A stretch of DNA of 64,000 nucleotides from Bacteroidales bacterium. Lineage in GTDB: Bacteria > Bacteroidota > Bacteroidia > Bacteroidales > Tenuifilaceae. Of this stretch, positions 8,598 through 16,767 are shown piece after piece; positions within the stretch are counted from its first letter, which is position 1, and every line of letters begins with the position of its first letter. The notes beneath the pieces are model-generated. The model did not search any database, had not been told where the DNA came from, and was given only the letters and a program-made list of their open reading frames with translations. Both the position numbers and the translations under genes were made by a program. Location: assembly GCA_003818205.1 (NCBI GenBank), contig RPRQ01000022.1, positions 71 to 64,070 of the forward strand, written 5' to 3'.

Positions 8598-9692
8598 ATG
8601 AAAAAAATTCTTTTCGTATCCGGTTTACTACTATTAATCGGAGCATGTCAATCGCAATCATACAAATTTGCGGTATTGTGCGATACCAGAAGCGATGCGG
8701 ATAAAAATGGGATTACCGGAGTAAATGTATCTGCCGTTAAAGGGGTATGTAGCCATCTAAAGAATTCGGGGGCTGAGTTTGTTTTAGCCCCGGGCGATTT
8801 TATTTGTGGTAATGTAACCTGGTATAATTCAACAAAAACACCTCCCGACAATCAGACCCAGTATCAGGCATTTTTAACCGCTTGTCGATCGGTAGGCGTT
8901 GGTTTGCCTAGTGATAATGACAAAATTGCGCTCTATGCCGTACGAGGCAACCATGAATGTTACCAGCAGATTCTGCCTAAAAAAACCATTGAGGAAGCCT
9001 GGTTAAAGAGTATTGGTTACTCACTACCCAAGAATGGCCCTGATAAAGAGATAGGTTTCACCTATAGCTTTGTTTACAAGGGCTCATTGTTTATTGGTTT
9101 GGATCAATATATACATGCAAATGCAGCCCAAAAAGATAGCATAACCATTGATCAGAAGTGGTTAGATAAGGAGTTACTCAAATACCCCGACTCCAAACAT
9201 GTATTCGCTTTTGGACATACCCCTGCTTTTGCTGCTCAACATCAGGATTGTTTGGGACAAGACTCAATCGCCAGAAATAAATTTTTACAATCGATAAACA
9301 GTCGTTCAGGTGTTTATTTCTGTGGGCACGATCATTTCTATGCACGAGCCGATGTTCCGGTTTACAAACCGAATGGTGGAATCGAAAACTATATGCAGCA
9401 GGTAATCACCCCGAGTGGTGCTCCTTTCCTTGGAGGATTCAGCCCTAAGTGGAATGGTGAGTACAAGAATCAAAGTGTAAAAACAGAATCATACATCGAC
9501 AATGCCGTGGGATATCAGCTGGTAACTGTTGATGGGAATAAGGTCACCGTTGAGTTTATTGCCACTAATGATGCATGTACATTTACTATCGATTCTACCG
9601 GAGCGTATTCCTATACCTATAATGATAACTGGCAAAAATGGAATTTTGTAACAATGTCAAAGTTTTCATATGAATTACCGATAGGAAAGTAA
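8598..9692 (+). CDS. Secreted metallophosphoesterase lipoprotein (calcineurin-like)
   Basis: The lipobox reads LLLIGAC. The motifs GDFICGN, VRGNHE, GHTPAF and GHDHFY are present. Confidence 0.75.
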   Translation: MKKILFVSGLLLLIGACQSQSYKFAVLCDTRSDADKNGITGVNVSAVKGVCSHLKNSGAEFVLAPGDFICGNVTWYNSTKTPPDNQTQYQAFLTACRSVGVGLPSDNDKIALYAVRGNHECYQQILPKKTIEEAWLKSIGYSLPKNGPDKEIGFTYSFVYKGSLFIGLDQYIHANAAQKDSITIDQKWLDKELLKYPDSKHVFAFGHTPAFAAQHQDCLGQDSIARNKFLQSINSRSGVYFCGHDHFYARADVPVYKPNGGIENYMQQVITPSGAPFLGGFSPKWNGEYKNQSVKTESYIDNAVGYQLVTVDGNKVTVEFIATNDACTFTIDSTGAYSYTYNDNWQKWNFVTMSKFSYELPIGK

Positions 9693-9743
9693 AAGCACAA
9701 AAAGATGAGTTGTTTAATCTTGAGCAATAGAAAAATGTAACTA

Positions 9744-9915
9744 CTCACCACGGAGATCACAGAGGTTTGTTTCATTAATCACAGAACAGTAACCTTGATT
9801 AGTTCTTTTAAACGTACAAAACAAATACATTTTATTTGAGCAGTCGTCATGCCAGAAATAGATTAATATTTGTTTTTATTCTCATTTGTTCTCTGTGATC
9901 TCTGTGTCTCCGTGG
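9744..9915. repeat. Inverted-repeat-bounded ~170-bp element (cacggagatcacagag arms)
   Basis: The left arm is ctcaccacggagatcacagagg and the right arm is ctctgtgatctctgtgtctccgtgg. It belongs to the same word family as 2841-2899. Confidence 0.6.
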
Positions 9916-9993
9916 TTTTTGTTCATTTCGACTACTGGTGAATAGTTACGAAAAAATAAGTACAAGTATATTTTAAAAACTAAAAAAATAACA

Positions 9994-11922
9994 ATGGAAA
10001 CAAAATACGGATACATGGGCAGAATCCTTTGGATAGACTTAACTAAAGGTACGTTTAAGGATGAAAAAATCCCTGATAAGGTATATGAAGACTTTCTGAG
10101 TGGTTATGGACTAGCATCTAAAGTTATTTACGAGAACCAGCCCATTGGTATTGACTATCGCGATGAACGTAGCATAATTTCTGTTATGAGCGGTATTTTA
10201 ACCAATACAGATGCTGGCTTCAACGGTCGTTGGATGCTAGCAGGGAAAAGTCCTTTAACAGGATGCTGGGGTGATGCAAACTGTGGTGGCAATTTTGGAC
10301 CTTCGATAAAGAGGAGTGGCTACGATGGGATTTTTATCACAGGAAAAAGCGATAAGCCGGTTTATATTTATATCGATGATAAACACAAACAAATTCTACC
10401 CGCAGAAGAATTATGGTCCCGTAAAGATGCTGTTGAGACAGAGGATATTCTGATAAAAAAGCACGGTAAGGATGCAAAGGTAATCTGTATTGGCAGTGCG
10501 GGTGAAAATTGCTCGCTCATCTCGGGTGTTGTAAACGACGGCGGTCGCCTTGCGGCACGAAGCGGATTAGGTGCCTTGTTTGGTGTTAAGCAGCTGAAAG
10601 CCATTTGTCTCAATGGTTCTCAAAAGGTTTATGAGCATAATAAAGCGGAGGTACGGAAAGCAACCGTTGAGCTAGCTAATGCATTAAACAATTCTACAGA
10701 TTCATTTTGTACTACAATGAAGTGGTCGGGAACAGCAGGTACTACCGACGACTCCGTTAAAACAGGTGATTCGCCAATAAAAAATTGGGCAGGTGTTGCC
10801 AAAGATGATTTTCCGCAAGAAAAAGCGTCAAAGATTAGTGGGTATTCAGTAACAAAGTATCAGGAAAAGGAATACTACTGTGCTGACTGCACATTTGGTT
10901 GCGGTGGAATTTGTTCCGTTAAACATAATCCATTACTGAAAAAAACGCATCGCCCAGAATACGAAATACTAGCCGGATTTGGTGCTTTAGTGCTATGCGA
11001 TGATGTGATGGCCATATTCGAAATCAATGAAAAGTTAAACCGAGCAGGTTTCGATGCCATTAGCGTTGCAACAACCGTAGGATGGGCTTTCGAAGCCTAT
11101 GAAAAAGGATTGTTTAAAGATAAGTTTCCAAAAATAAAGCTTAAATGGGGTGATTCGAAAGCCTTAGTTGAATTGGTGGACGATATTATTGCGAATAAGA
11201 ACCTTGGAGCCTATTTAAAGGATGGCGTAAAAAAAGCGGCTGAGTATTTTGATAAAGAGGGAAAAACAGCCCCAATGCACGTGCATGGTCAGGAACTTCC
11301 AATGCACGATTCGCGCAAAGATGGCTCTTTGAGCCTTGGTGTTGGCTATGAAGTTGAGCCCACTCCGGGTCGTCATACATCCACAAATGCGCAATGGGAG
11401 CAAATGGCCGATACGCATAGTGCCGATGCCGTATTGAATGATAATAAGTTGAATATTAAATTCCAGAAAAGGTATTTACATACAGATATGTCGCACGAGG
11501 AGCAGGGGCAGGATTTAATGGCTGCTAGCTGTTCAGAAGATATTATAAACGGCGCAGGACTATGTAACTTTAGCTTTATGGGACCTTATGTTCCTGTGGT
11601 ATCCTGGCTGAATAATGTTACCGGATGGAATAAATCCTTTGAAGACTATATAGAAATAGGCAGAAGAATAAAAACAGTTCGTCATTCATTTAATATCCGA
11701 GAGGGAATTGATGTAGCCAATATAAAAGCTCCCAGTAGGGCTAAAGGAGATAATACTCTGAAAGATGGACCCAATGCCTATAGCGCTAATGTATTGAAGT
11801 GGGATGACGCAAAAGCCGATTATTATATCTCCATGGGATGGGATGTTGATACCGCTAAACCATCAGCTCAAACCCTAAAAGATTTGGGATTAGGCTTTGT
11901 TGCTAAAGATCTTTATAAATAA
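9994..11922 (+). CDS. Aldehyde:ferredoxin oxidoreductase family (tungsto/molybdopterin AOR)
   Basis: The N-terminus MGRILWIDLTKG is AOR-typical. A CxxCxxxC cluster (YYCADCTFGC) and the GAGLCNF motif are present. The length (642 aa) fits the family. Confidence 0.85.
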   Translation: METKYGYMGRILWIDLTKGTFKDEKIPDKVYEDFLSGYGLASKVIYENQPIGIDYRDERSIISVMSGILTNTDAGFNGRWMLAGKSPLTGCWGDANCGGNFGPSIKRSGYDGIFITGKSDKPVYIYIDDKHKQILPAEELWSRKDAVETEDILIKKHGKDAKVICIGSAGENCSLISGVVNDGGRLAARSGLGALFGVKQLKAICLNGSQKVYEHNKAEVRKATVELANALNNSTDSFCTTMKWSGTAGTTDDSVKTGDSPIKNWAGVAKDDFPQEKASKISGYSVTKYQEKEYYCADCTFGCGGICSVKHNPLLKKTHRPEYEILAGFGALVLCDDVMAIFEINEKLNRAGFDAISVATTVGWAFEAYEKGLFKDKFPKIKLKWGDSKALVELVDDIIANKNLGAYLKDGVKKAAEYFDKEGKTAPMHVHGQELPMHDSRKDGSLSLGVGYEVEPTPGRHTSTNAQWEQMADTHSADAVLNDNKLNIKFQKRYLHTDMSHEEQGQDLMAASCSEDIINGAGLCNFSFMGPYVPVVSWLNNVTGWNKSFEDYIEIGRRIKTVRHSFNIREGIDVANIKAPSRAKGDNTLKDGPNAYSANVLKWDDAKADYYISMGWDVDTAKPSAQTLKDLGLGFVAKDLYK

Positions 11923-12125
11923 GAAACGCTTGCAGTATTTACACTTATACAAATGCGTAGTAATTTGTTGTAAAAGCTAGCTTAACGATAAAAACACAGT
12001 TGCATTGAGATTATAAGCAAGTAAAAACCATTGAGCTCGACGGCGACTTGTCCGACTACTATCGGATAACGCCGTCGTTCTATTAATACAGGCATGGAGT
12101 AGTGAGATAGTTGACAGTAGTTAGG

Positions 12126-12217
12126 AGTCAGAAGACGGGAGTCGGGAGTCGGAAGTCAGGTGTCAGAAGTCGGAAGTCAGAAGTCAGGAGTCGGAAGTCA
12201 GGAGTCAGAAGTCAGAA
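12126..12217. repeat. Heptanucleotide microsatellite GTCRGRA, about 12 units
   Basis: It reads agtcagaa..gtcggaagtcaggtgtcagaagtcggaagtcagaagtcaggagtcggaagtcaggagtcagaagtcagaa. A short reverse-complement copy lies at about 22518-22545. Confidence 0.85.
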
Positions 12218-12228
12218 CCCAACTCCGG

Positions 12229-12346
12229 ATGCTGAGCCTGTCGAAGCATCACCTCTCTGCATGCTAAGACTTTCGAAGCATAATCTCCCCGTATGCTAAG
12301 CCTTTCGAAGCATAATCTTTCTGTATGCTGAGCCTGCCGAAGTATC
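12229..12346. repeat. 32-nt tandem repeat x3.7; each unit is a small hairpin (atgct..agcat)
   Basis: Units start at 12229, 12261, 12293 and 12325, an exact 32-nt period. The unit is atgctaagcctttcgaagcataatct plus about 6 variable nt. Confidence 0.85.
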
Positions 12347-12660
12347 AAATTATTTCATCTTCAAATTTTCAAATTAATTTTTTTCGTTTAACTTTATAAG
12401 GAAATCACTTACAAACAATCCGTTAACGGGTTATTTTCTGATTATTGAGGTGCGGTTGAATTTTATATTCAATAAGTGTGTAGTTGTAGGACGGTAATTT
12501 AAGAGTTCGTTTTATTTAACGATATGGCAAATTTCATAAACATAAACCGCTCCATAATGGAGTTAATATATCGACCTGAAAAGGATGCGTATTAGTATAA
12601 ATGGTAAAAAATAAAAGAGTTGTATACCATTGAATAAACAATAATAATCAAACTAAGTCT

Positions 12661-14130
12661 ATGTCAAAATTCAAACTTCTTTTCACTGAGTATTTTGATA
12701 TTGAGGAATCAATATTAACAAATTATGGTGCTCTTAACATTTGTTTAAGTTCGGACATTCCCCTGTTTATAGACCCATTTTTATTGTTTGCTTCTGAAAA
12801 AACGGAATACAAAAAACTACATAAACACGTTGTAGACCACTTACTTTTTCTAAAAAAATATGCAACAGAAAATGAATTTAAAGATATTGACCTTAGACTC
12901 TTTAGGTTTCCTGAGATAAAACAAAATTGGTTAGGTTTAGCTCAATATGGAAATGGAGGAAAAGGTTTAGGACCTAGATTTGCAAAAAATGCAATAAAGG
13001 CATTTAATGGTTTTTATAAATCCTTTGGTGAAGAAAAGATTACAGATGAAACGCATATAGAAAAACTAACACTTTTAAATTCAGGAGTTGGAAAGGATTT
13101 CATTAGTGATTTTTCTACTAATTTAATCTACGAGTACCTTTTGGAGTATACTGAGAAATTCGCTATTACTAATCTGAAAGAAAGCCAAGTAACAGAGTTC
13201 TCAATTAGATGTAAATTCAATAAAGAAACCAAAACATGGCAACCTAGGACTTTCAAACTCCCATATTTTTTTAGAGAAAAGGGAGGTGATTTTATTCTGC
13301 TTACTCCGCTTGATATTTTAACTATTGATGAAGCTATTATTAATAGCTCTGATTTCTATAATAATTTTAATAATGTAACGCGTTCAATAGGAAATGATTC
13401 TTTAAGAACAGCAATCAATGATTATTTTAGGTCGCATCTGCCAAGAAAACCAAAGAAAAAAGATAGATTTAAAGCTTTCGTTCAGACTGTTGAGCAATAT
13501 CCCGATTTAGTTGACCTATATATTAGAATCAAAGAAGACAGTAAAAAAGTAGCTGGAGCTATTGCATTTTCTAAAATTGAAGAGATTAGAGAGCATTTAA
13601 TTGATGCATTAACTCCGTTGTGTAATTTATTAAATGAAAATAGTGAGTTTTATACAGTAAAACCAAATAGTTATGACGAAGCTCTAAAAAGAGCTAATTA
13701 CCTGAAAGATGTTATTGAGAACAATGATGGATATAGGATTTTCTATGATGGCTCAAGACCAATTGCAAAAGAAGATACAATTCAGAGAATTTTTAGGTTA
13801 ACATGGTATGCTTCACCATACGATGTGAATTCAGAAGTAAATAATGGTAGAGGTCCTGCAGATTATAAGGTATCTTTTGGTAGTGGAGACTCTACAATTG
13901 TTGAATTTAAACTAGCAAAATCATCGTCTCTTCAAACAAACCTAGAAAATCAAACTAACATTTATAAAGCTGCTTCAAAATCCTCAAGTGATATTTCGGT
14001 AGTTTTATGCTATACTTCAGCAGATATCCGAAAAGTAAATCGGATATTAAAATTAATTGGAAAAGAAGGACATGAGAATATTATTATAATAGATGCAACA
14101 CCTAAGATTTCTGCATCTAAAGTGAAATAA
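12661..14130 (+). CDS. Hypothetical 489-aa protein with a C-terminal PD-(D/E)xK-like nuclease motif
   Basis: GRGPADYKVSFGSGDSTIVEFKLAKSS gives D401 ... E415-x-K417 (nt 13861-13911). The gene is very AT-rich compared with its neighbours. The N-terminal ~390 aa are unrecognised. Confidence 0.45.
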   Translation: MSKFKLLFTEYFDIEESILTNYGALNICLSSDIPLFIDPFLLFASEKTEYKKLHKHVVDHLLFLKKYATENEFKDIDLRLFRFPEIKQNWLGLAQYGNGGKGLGPRFAKNAIKAFNGFYKSFGEEKITDETHIEKLTLLNSGVGKDFISDFSTNLIYEYLLEYTEKFAITNLKESQVTEFSIRCKFNKETKTWQPRTFKLPYFFREKGGDFILLTPLDILTIDEAIINSSDFYNNFNNVTRSIGNDSLRTAINDYFRSHLPRKPKKKDRFKAFVQTVEQYPDLVDLYIRIKEDSKKVAGAIAFSKIEEIREHLIDALTPLCNLLNENSEFYTVKPNSYDEALKRANYLKDVIENNDGYRIFYDGSRPIAKEDTIQRIFRLTWYASPYDVNSEVNNGRGPADYKVSFGSGDSTIVEFKLAKSSSLQTNLENQTNIYKAASKSSSDISVVLCYTSADIRKVNRILKLIGKEGHENIIIIDATPKISASKVK

Positions 14131-14178
14131 AAACCACTGCTGGCGCGGACATGTTGTCCGCGCCAGCAGTGGTTTTTT
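14131..14178 (+). terminator. Rho-independent terminator (perfect 21-bp stem plus T-run)
   Basis: aaaccactgctggcgcggaca tgt tgtccgcgccagcagtggttt tttt begins immediately after the stop codon at 14128-14130. Confidence 0.85.
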
Positions 14179-14268
14179 ACATTAATATTTATTGTTAACA
14201 AATTGAAAATATATAATTTACCATTAATTTGGTTACAATAATAAATTTAAAACTAAGGAGGAAAAACT

Positions 14269-14400
14269 ATGGGAATTAAGCCAGGCCCTAAAAGGATTGC
14301 TAAAACAACAGGGCAACCAGACAAACGTCAACGAGACAACAAAGAAACTCCGAAAAATACCCCTTCACAAAAACCTCACAAACACAAGAAAGGAGACTAA
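14269..14400 (+). CDS. Possible 43-aa highly basic small protein
   Basis: It is not in the ORF track because it is under 60 aa. The translation is MGIKPGPKRIAKTTGQPDKRQRDNKETPKNTPSQKPHKHKKGD. It is preceded by a strong AAGGAGG 6-7 nt upstream, which is unusual in this window. Confidence 0.35.
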   Translation: MGIKPGPKRIAKTTGQPDKRQRDNKETPKNTPSQKPHKHKKGD

Positions 14401-14513
14401 CATAACATTAATGACCTTGATTTTCTCTACGCTAGGCGTTGTCCTTCTCGGCTCGGCATAGATTGAGCGCAGCGGAGACAGAAAGCACAACAATATAAAA
14501 TGATATTACAAGT

Positions 14514-14975
14514 ATGAAAAATTTATTTTTTTTCACGGGATTGCTTTTATTGACCTTTTGTTCATTTGGTCAAATGAAAGAAACTTCTGGAGATATTAAT
14601 TTTAGAACATCCCCAGAAATTAGAGAAAACAAAATATGTGTAATACCAAAAGGTACAGTTGTTAATATAATTCAAGATACAGTTGAATTTGAAAACTGGA
14701 TAAAAATAAATTATAATGGAAAGAATGGATATGTTTACAATACTTTTCTTAAAGATATATCCATTGATTCAAAGAAGAAGAACAATATTAATTCTTCTGA
14801 TAATGGAGTTAAATATTATAAAAATTCAAATGGTGAAAAAGTTCAGTCTCCTACAAAATATGATTCACCACCAGTTGGAGCAACTGCAGAATGTAATGAT
14901 GGAACATACAGTTTTAGTAAAAGTCGTAGAGGAACATGTTCTCACCATGGAGGTGTAAAACGATGGTTAAAGTAA
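14514..14975 (+). CDS. Secreted SH3b-like plus DUF3761 protein
   Basis: A signal peptide is present. INFRTSPE..VIPKGTVVNI..WIKINYNGKNGYVY looks like a bacterial SH3 domain. The C-terminal CNDGTYSFSKSRRGTCSHHGGV matches the DUF3761 signature. Confidence 0.6.
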   Translation: MKNLFFFTGLLLLTFCSFGQMKETSGDINFRTSPEIRENKICVIPKGTVVNIIQDTVEFENWIKINYNGKNGYVYNTFLKDISIDSKKKNNINSSDNGVKYYKNSNGEKVQSPTKYDSPPVGATAECNDGTYSFSKSRRGTCSHHGGVKRWLK

Positions 14976-15149
14976 AGTATTTATACTTATCCGCACCTAC
15001 GCTTACGCTCACGCGGATTTGCAATCTCGGCTCGGCTTAGATTGAGCGCAGCAGAATCTAAATCGTGTAAACCAACTATCTCAGTCCGCACCAAATACAA
15101 ACCCACCAAAGCCAACATAATAAATATTGAAATATGAATTAACTAAAAG

Positions 15150-15989
15150 ATGAAATTAGATAACGATTTAATTGAGCCAAAATATTCAAAGAAGGATTTA
15201 AAATGGTCCATTCTATTACTATTTGGATGCTTTTGTATTGGATGGAATGTTGCCAATGTCCTGCATGAGCTGGGTCATGCATTTGCAATGGCATTGGTAG
15301 GAGTTCCTATTAAAGAATTCGTATTAAACCCCTTTTCGTGGTGTTGGACCTTTGCGGAGTACCAGAAGTATTCACTGCTTTTATCACTTGGTGGGGTAAC
15401 ATTTGGTCTCTTATTCGTTATACTTCCTTCCTTTGCAGCCATTTGGATTCGAAGCGCTTATTTCCGAATACCTGCATTTACAATCGCCGCTTGGGCTCTA
15501 TCAATGGATGGAATATACCTGCTAACCGGTGCTCTGTTCAGTGCTGGTGATGGTAAGGAAATAGTCGAATTTGGTGCACCTTATAGCCTCGTTATATTTC
15601 TTGGTTGCCTATATTTGATGTTAGCCCTATTTATGTTTGGGTTGATTCATCCACTGGTTGGAATTGGTAAAAATTCATCTATTACAAAAAGGTTTTTAAT
15701 ATTTGGAGCTGCTGTATTTCCTTACCTCCTAATGATATTCTTGTATAACTTCATACTGAATAGAAGAGAGATATTGCTTTGGACCTCATTTGTTCTGGGA
15801 GGAGTAGTGCTTATTTGGATGTCTGCTGTTGCTGGATATTTTTGGGCTAGAATTGGTAAAGGATTTGATGAAATCAATCGAACAAAAATAGGCTGGAAGC
15901 CTGTGATAATATTTCTGATCATCGGATTTATTATAATTGCCGGAGAGTTTTTGATCTTTGGTATTCATGAAAACCCGTTTGGGAAGTAA
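15150..15989 (+). CDS. Polytopic membrane protein with an HExxH motif (putative intramembrane zinc metalloprotease)
   Basis: LHELGHAF lies in the first TM segment, and there are about 7 hydrophobic helices. This resembles the M50/site-2-protease arrangement. Confidence 0.4.
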   Translation: MKLDNDLIEPKYSKKDLKWSILLLFGCFCIGWNVANVLHELGHAFAMALVGVPIKEFVLNPFSWCWTFAEYQKYSLLLSLGGVTFGLLFVILPSFAAIWIRSAYFRIPAFTIAAWALSMDGIYLLTGALFSAGDGKEIVEFGAPYSLVIFLGCLYLMLALFMFGLIHPLVGIGKNSSITKRFLIFGAAVFPYLLMIFLYNFILNRREILLWTSFVLGGVVLIWMSAVAGYFWARIGKGFDEINRTKIGWKPVIIFLIIGFIIIAGEFLIFGIHENPFGK

Positions 15990-16069
15990 TAGTTGGAAAA
16001 ATATATTAACCGATCGCGTGAACATGCTGTCCGTGCGCCAATAGTACAAGACTTAAGAACATACTACCT

Positions 16070-16480
16070 ATGAAGAGTATATTTACTGATAAGGATAAAC
16101 AACCTAATGATAACGATTTGAAAGAGTCGTTGGGTGAAACATATCAATTATGGCAGCTGATTAAGGATTATGTTATTTCGAAATACCCGAAAGGATTTGA
16201 GGAGTGGAGCTGTTCAAAATACGGTTGGAGTTTAAGGATTAAGGATGAAAAGCGAGCGATAATCTATCTCTTACCAAGAGACAGATTCTTTAAAGTAGCA
16301 TTTGTGTTTGGACAAAAAGCAACCGACATGATAATGAAAAGTCAGATTGCAAATTCGATTAAAACAGAGCTCGATTCTGCGAAAGTTTATGCCGAAGGTC
16401 GAGGGATTAGGGTTGATATTATGGACAGAACGATTATTAGCGATATACAAAAGTTAGTTGATATTAAAATGGCTAACTAA
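16070..16480 (+). CDS. DUF3788-like protein
   Basis: The size and the pattern KYPKGFEEWSCSKYGWSLRIKDEKRAIIYL.PRDRFFKVAFVFG match this family as I remember it. Confidence 0.5.
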   Translation: MKSIFTDKDKQPNDNDLKESLGETYQLWQLIKDYVISKYPKGFEEWSCSKYGWSLRIKDEKRAIIYLLPRDRFFKVAFVFGQKATDMIMKSQIANSIKTELDSAKVYAEGRGIRVDIMDRTIISDIQKLVDIKMAN

Positions 16481-16632
16481 AACACCGCTCGCGCGGACTA
16501 CTTGTCCTGCAAGGCGGGATGCTATCAGTGCGCCATTATGAATGTATTTATAGAAATGTCACGGACTGTAAGTCCGCGCCAGCAGGCCAATATTTCAGCC
16601 CTACAGGCTTATTTTAGTTCATAAATAACAGA

Positions 16633-16702
16633 AACCTCTACTTTTCAACGTATCTACTTTTCCGCAAAGGCAAAAAGATTAGCTTAATAAATTTGTCAAT
16701 AG
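16633..16702 (+). promoter_or_regulatory. Repeated promoter-like module (..tatctactt.tc.gcaaaggcaaaa.gatta..TAAATTTG)
   Basis: It aligns with 19041-19096, and with a decayed copy at 23336-23368. It ends in a TAnnTTTG box about 70 nt upstream of namA. Confidence 0.4.
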
Positions 16703-16767
16703 TTCGAACAACATAATAATTTTTGAGTTATAAGAGAAAACAAATGCTAGCAAGTAATTGCATTTAA

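Noticed and set aside
12111-12299. 62-aa ORF (MTVVRSQKTGVGSRKSGVRSRKSEVRSRKSGVRSQ...)
   Set aside because: It is simply the translation of the GTCRGRA heptamer microsatellite and the 32-nt repeat. There is no start context, so it is a repeat artefact.
12229-12346. Possible mini-CRISPR array (regular 32-nt periodicity)
   Set aside because: Only about 6 nt per unit vary, so there are no spacers. Each unit is a tandem repeat, and no cas genes are in the window.
14131-14178. The hairpin after 12661-14130 as an integron attC site
   Set aside because: The stem is perfect (21 bp, 3-nt loop) and is followed by a T-run. It lacks the extrahelical bases and the RYYYAAC/GTTRRRY ends of attC. It reads as a plain intrinsic terminator.
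14716-14958. 80-aa alternative-frame ORF inside the SH3b-DUF3761 gene
   Set aside because: It is on the same strand but out of frame with a CDS that has a signal peptide and two recognisable domains.
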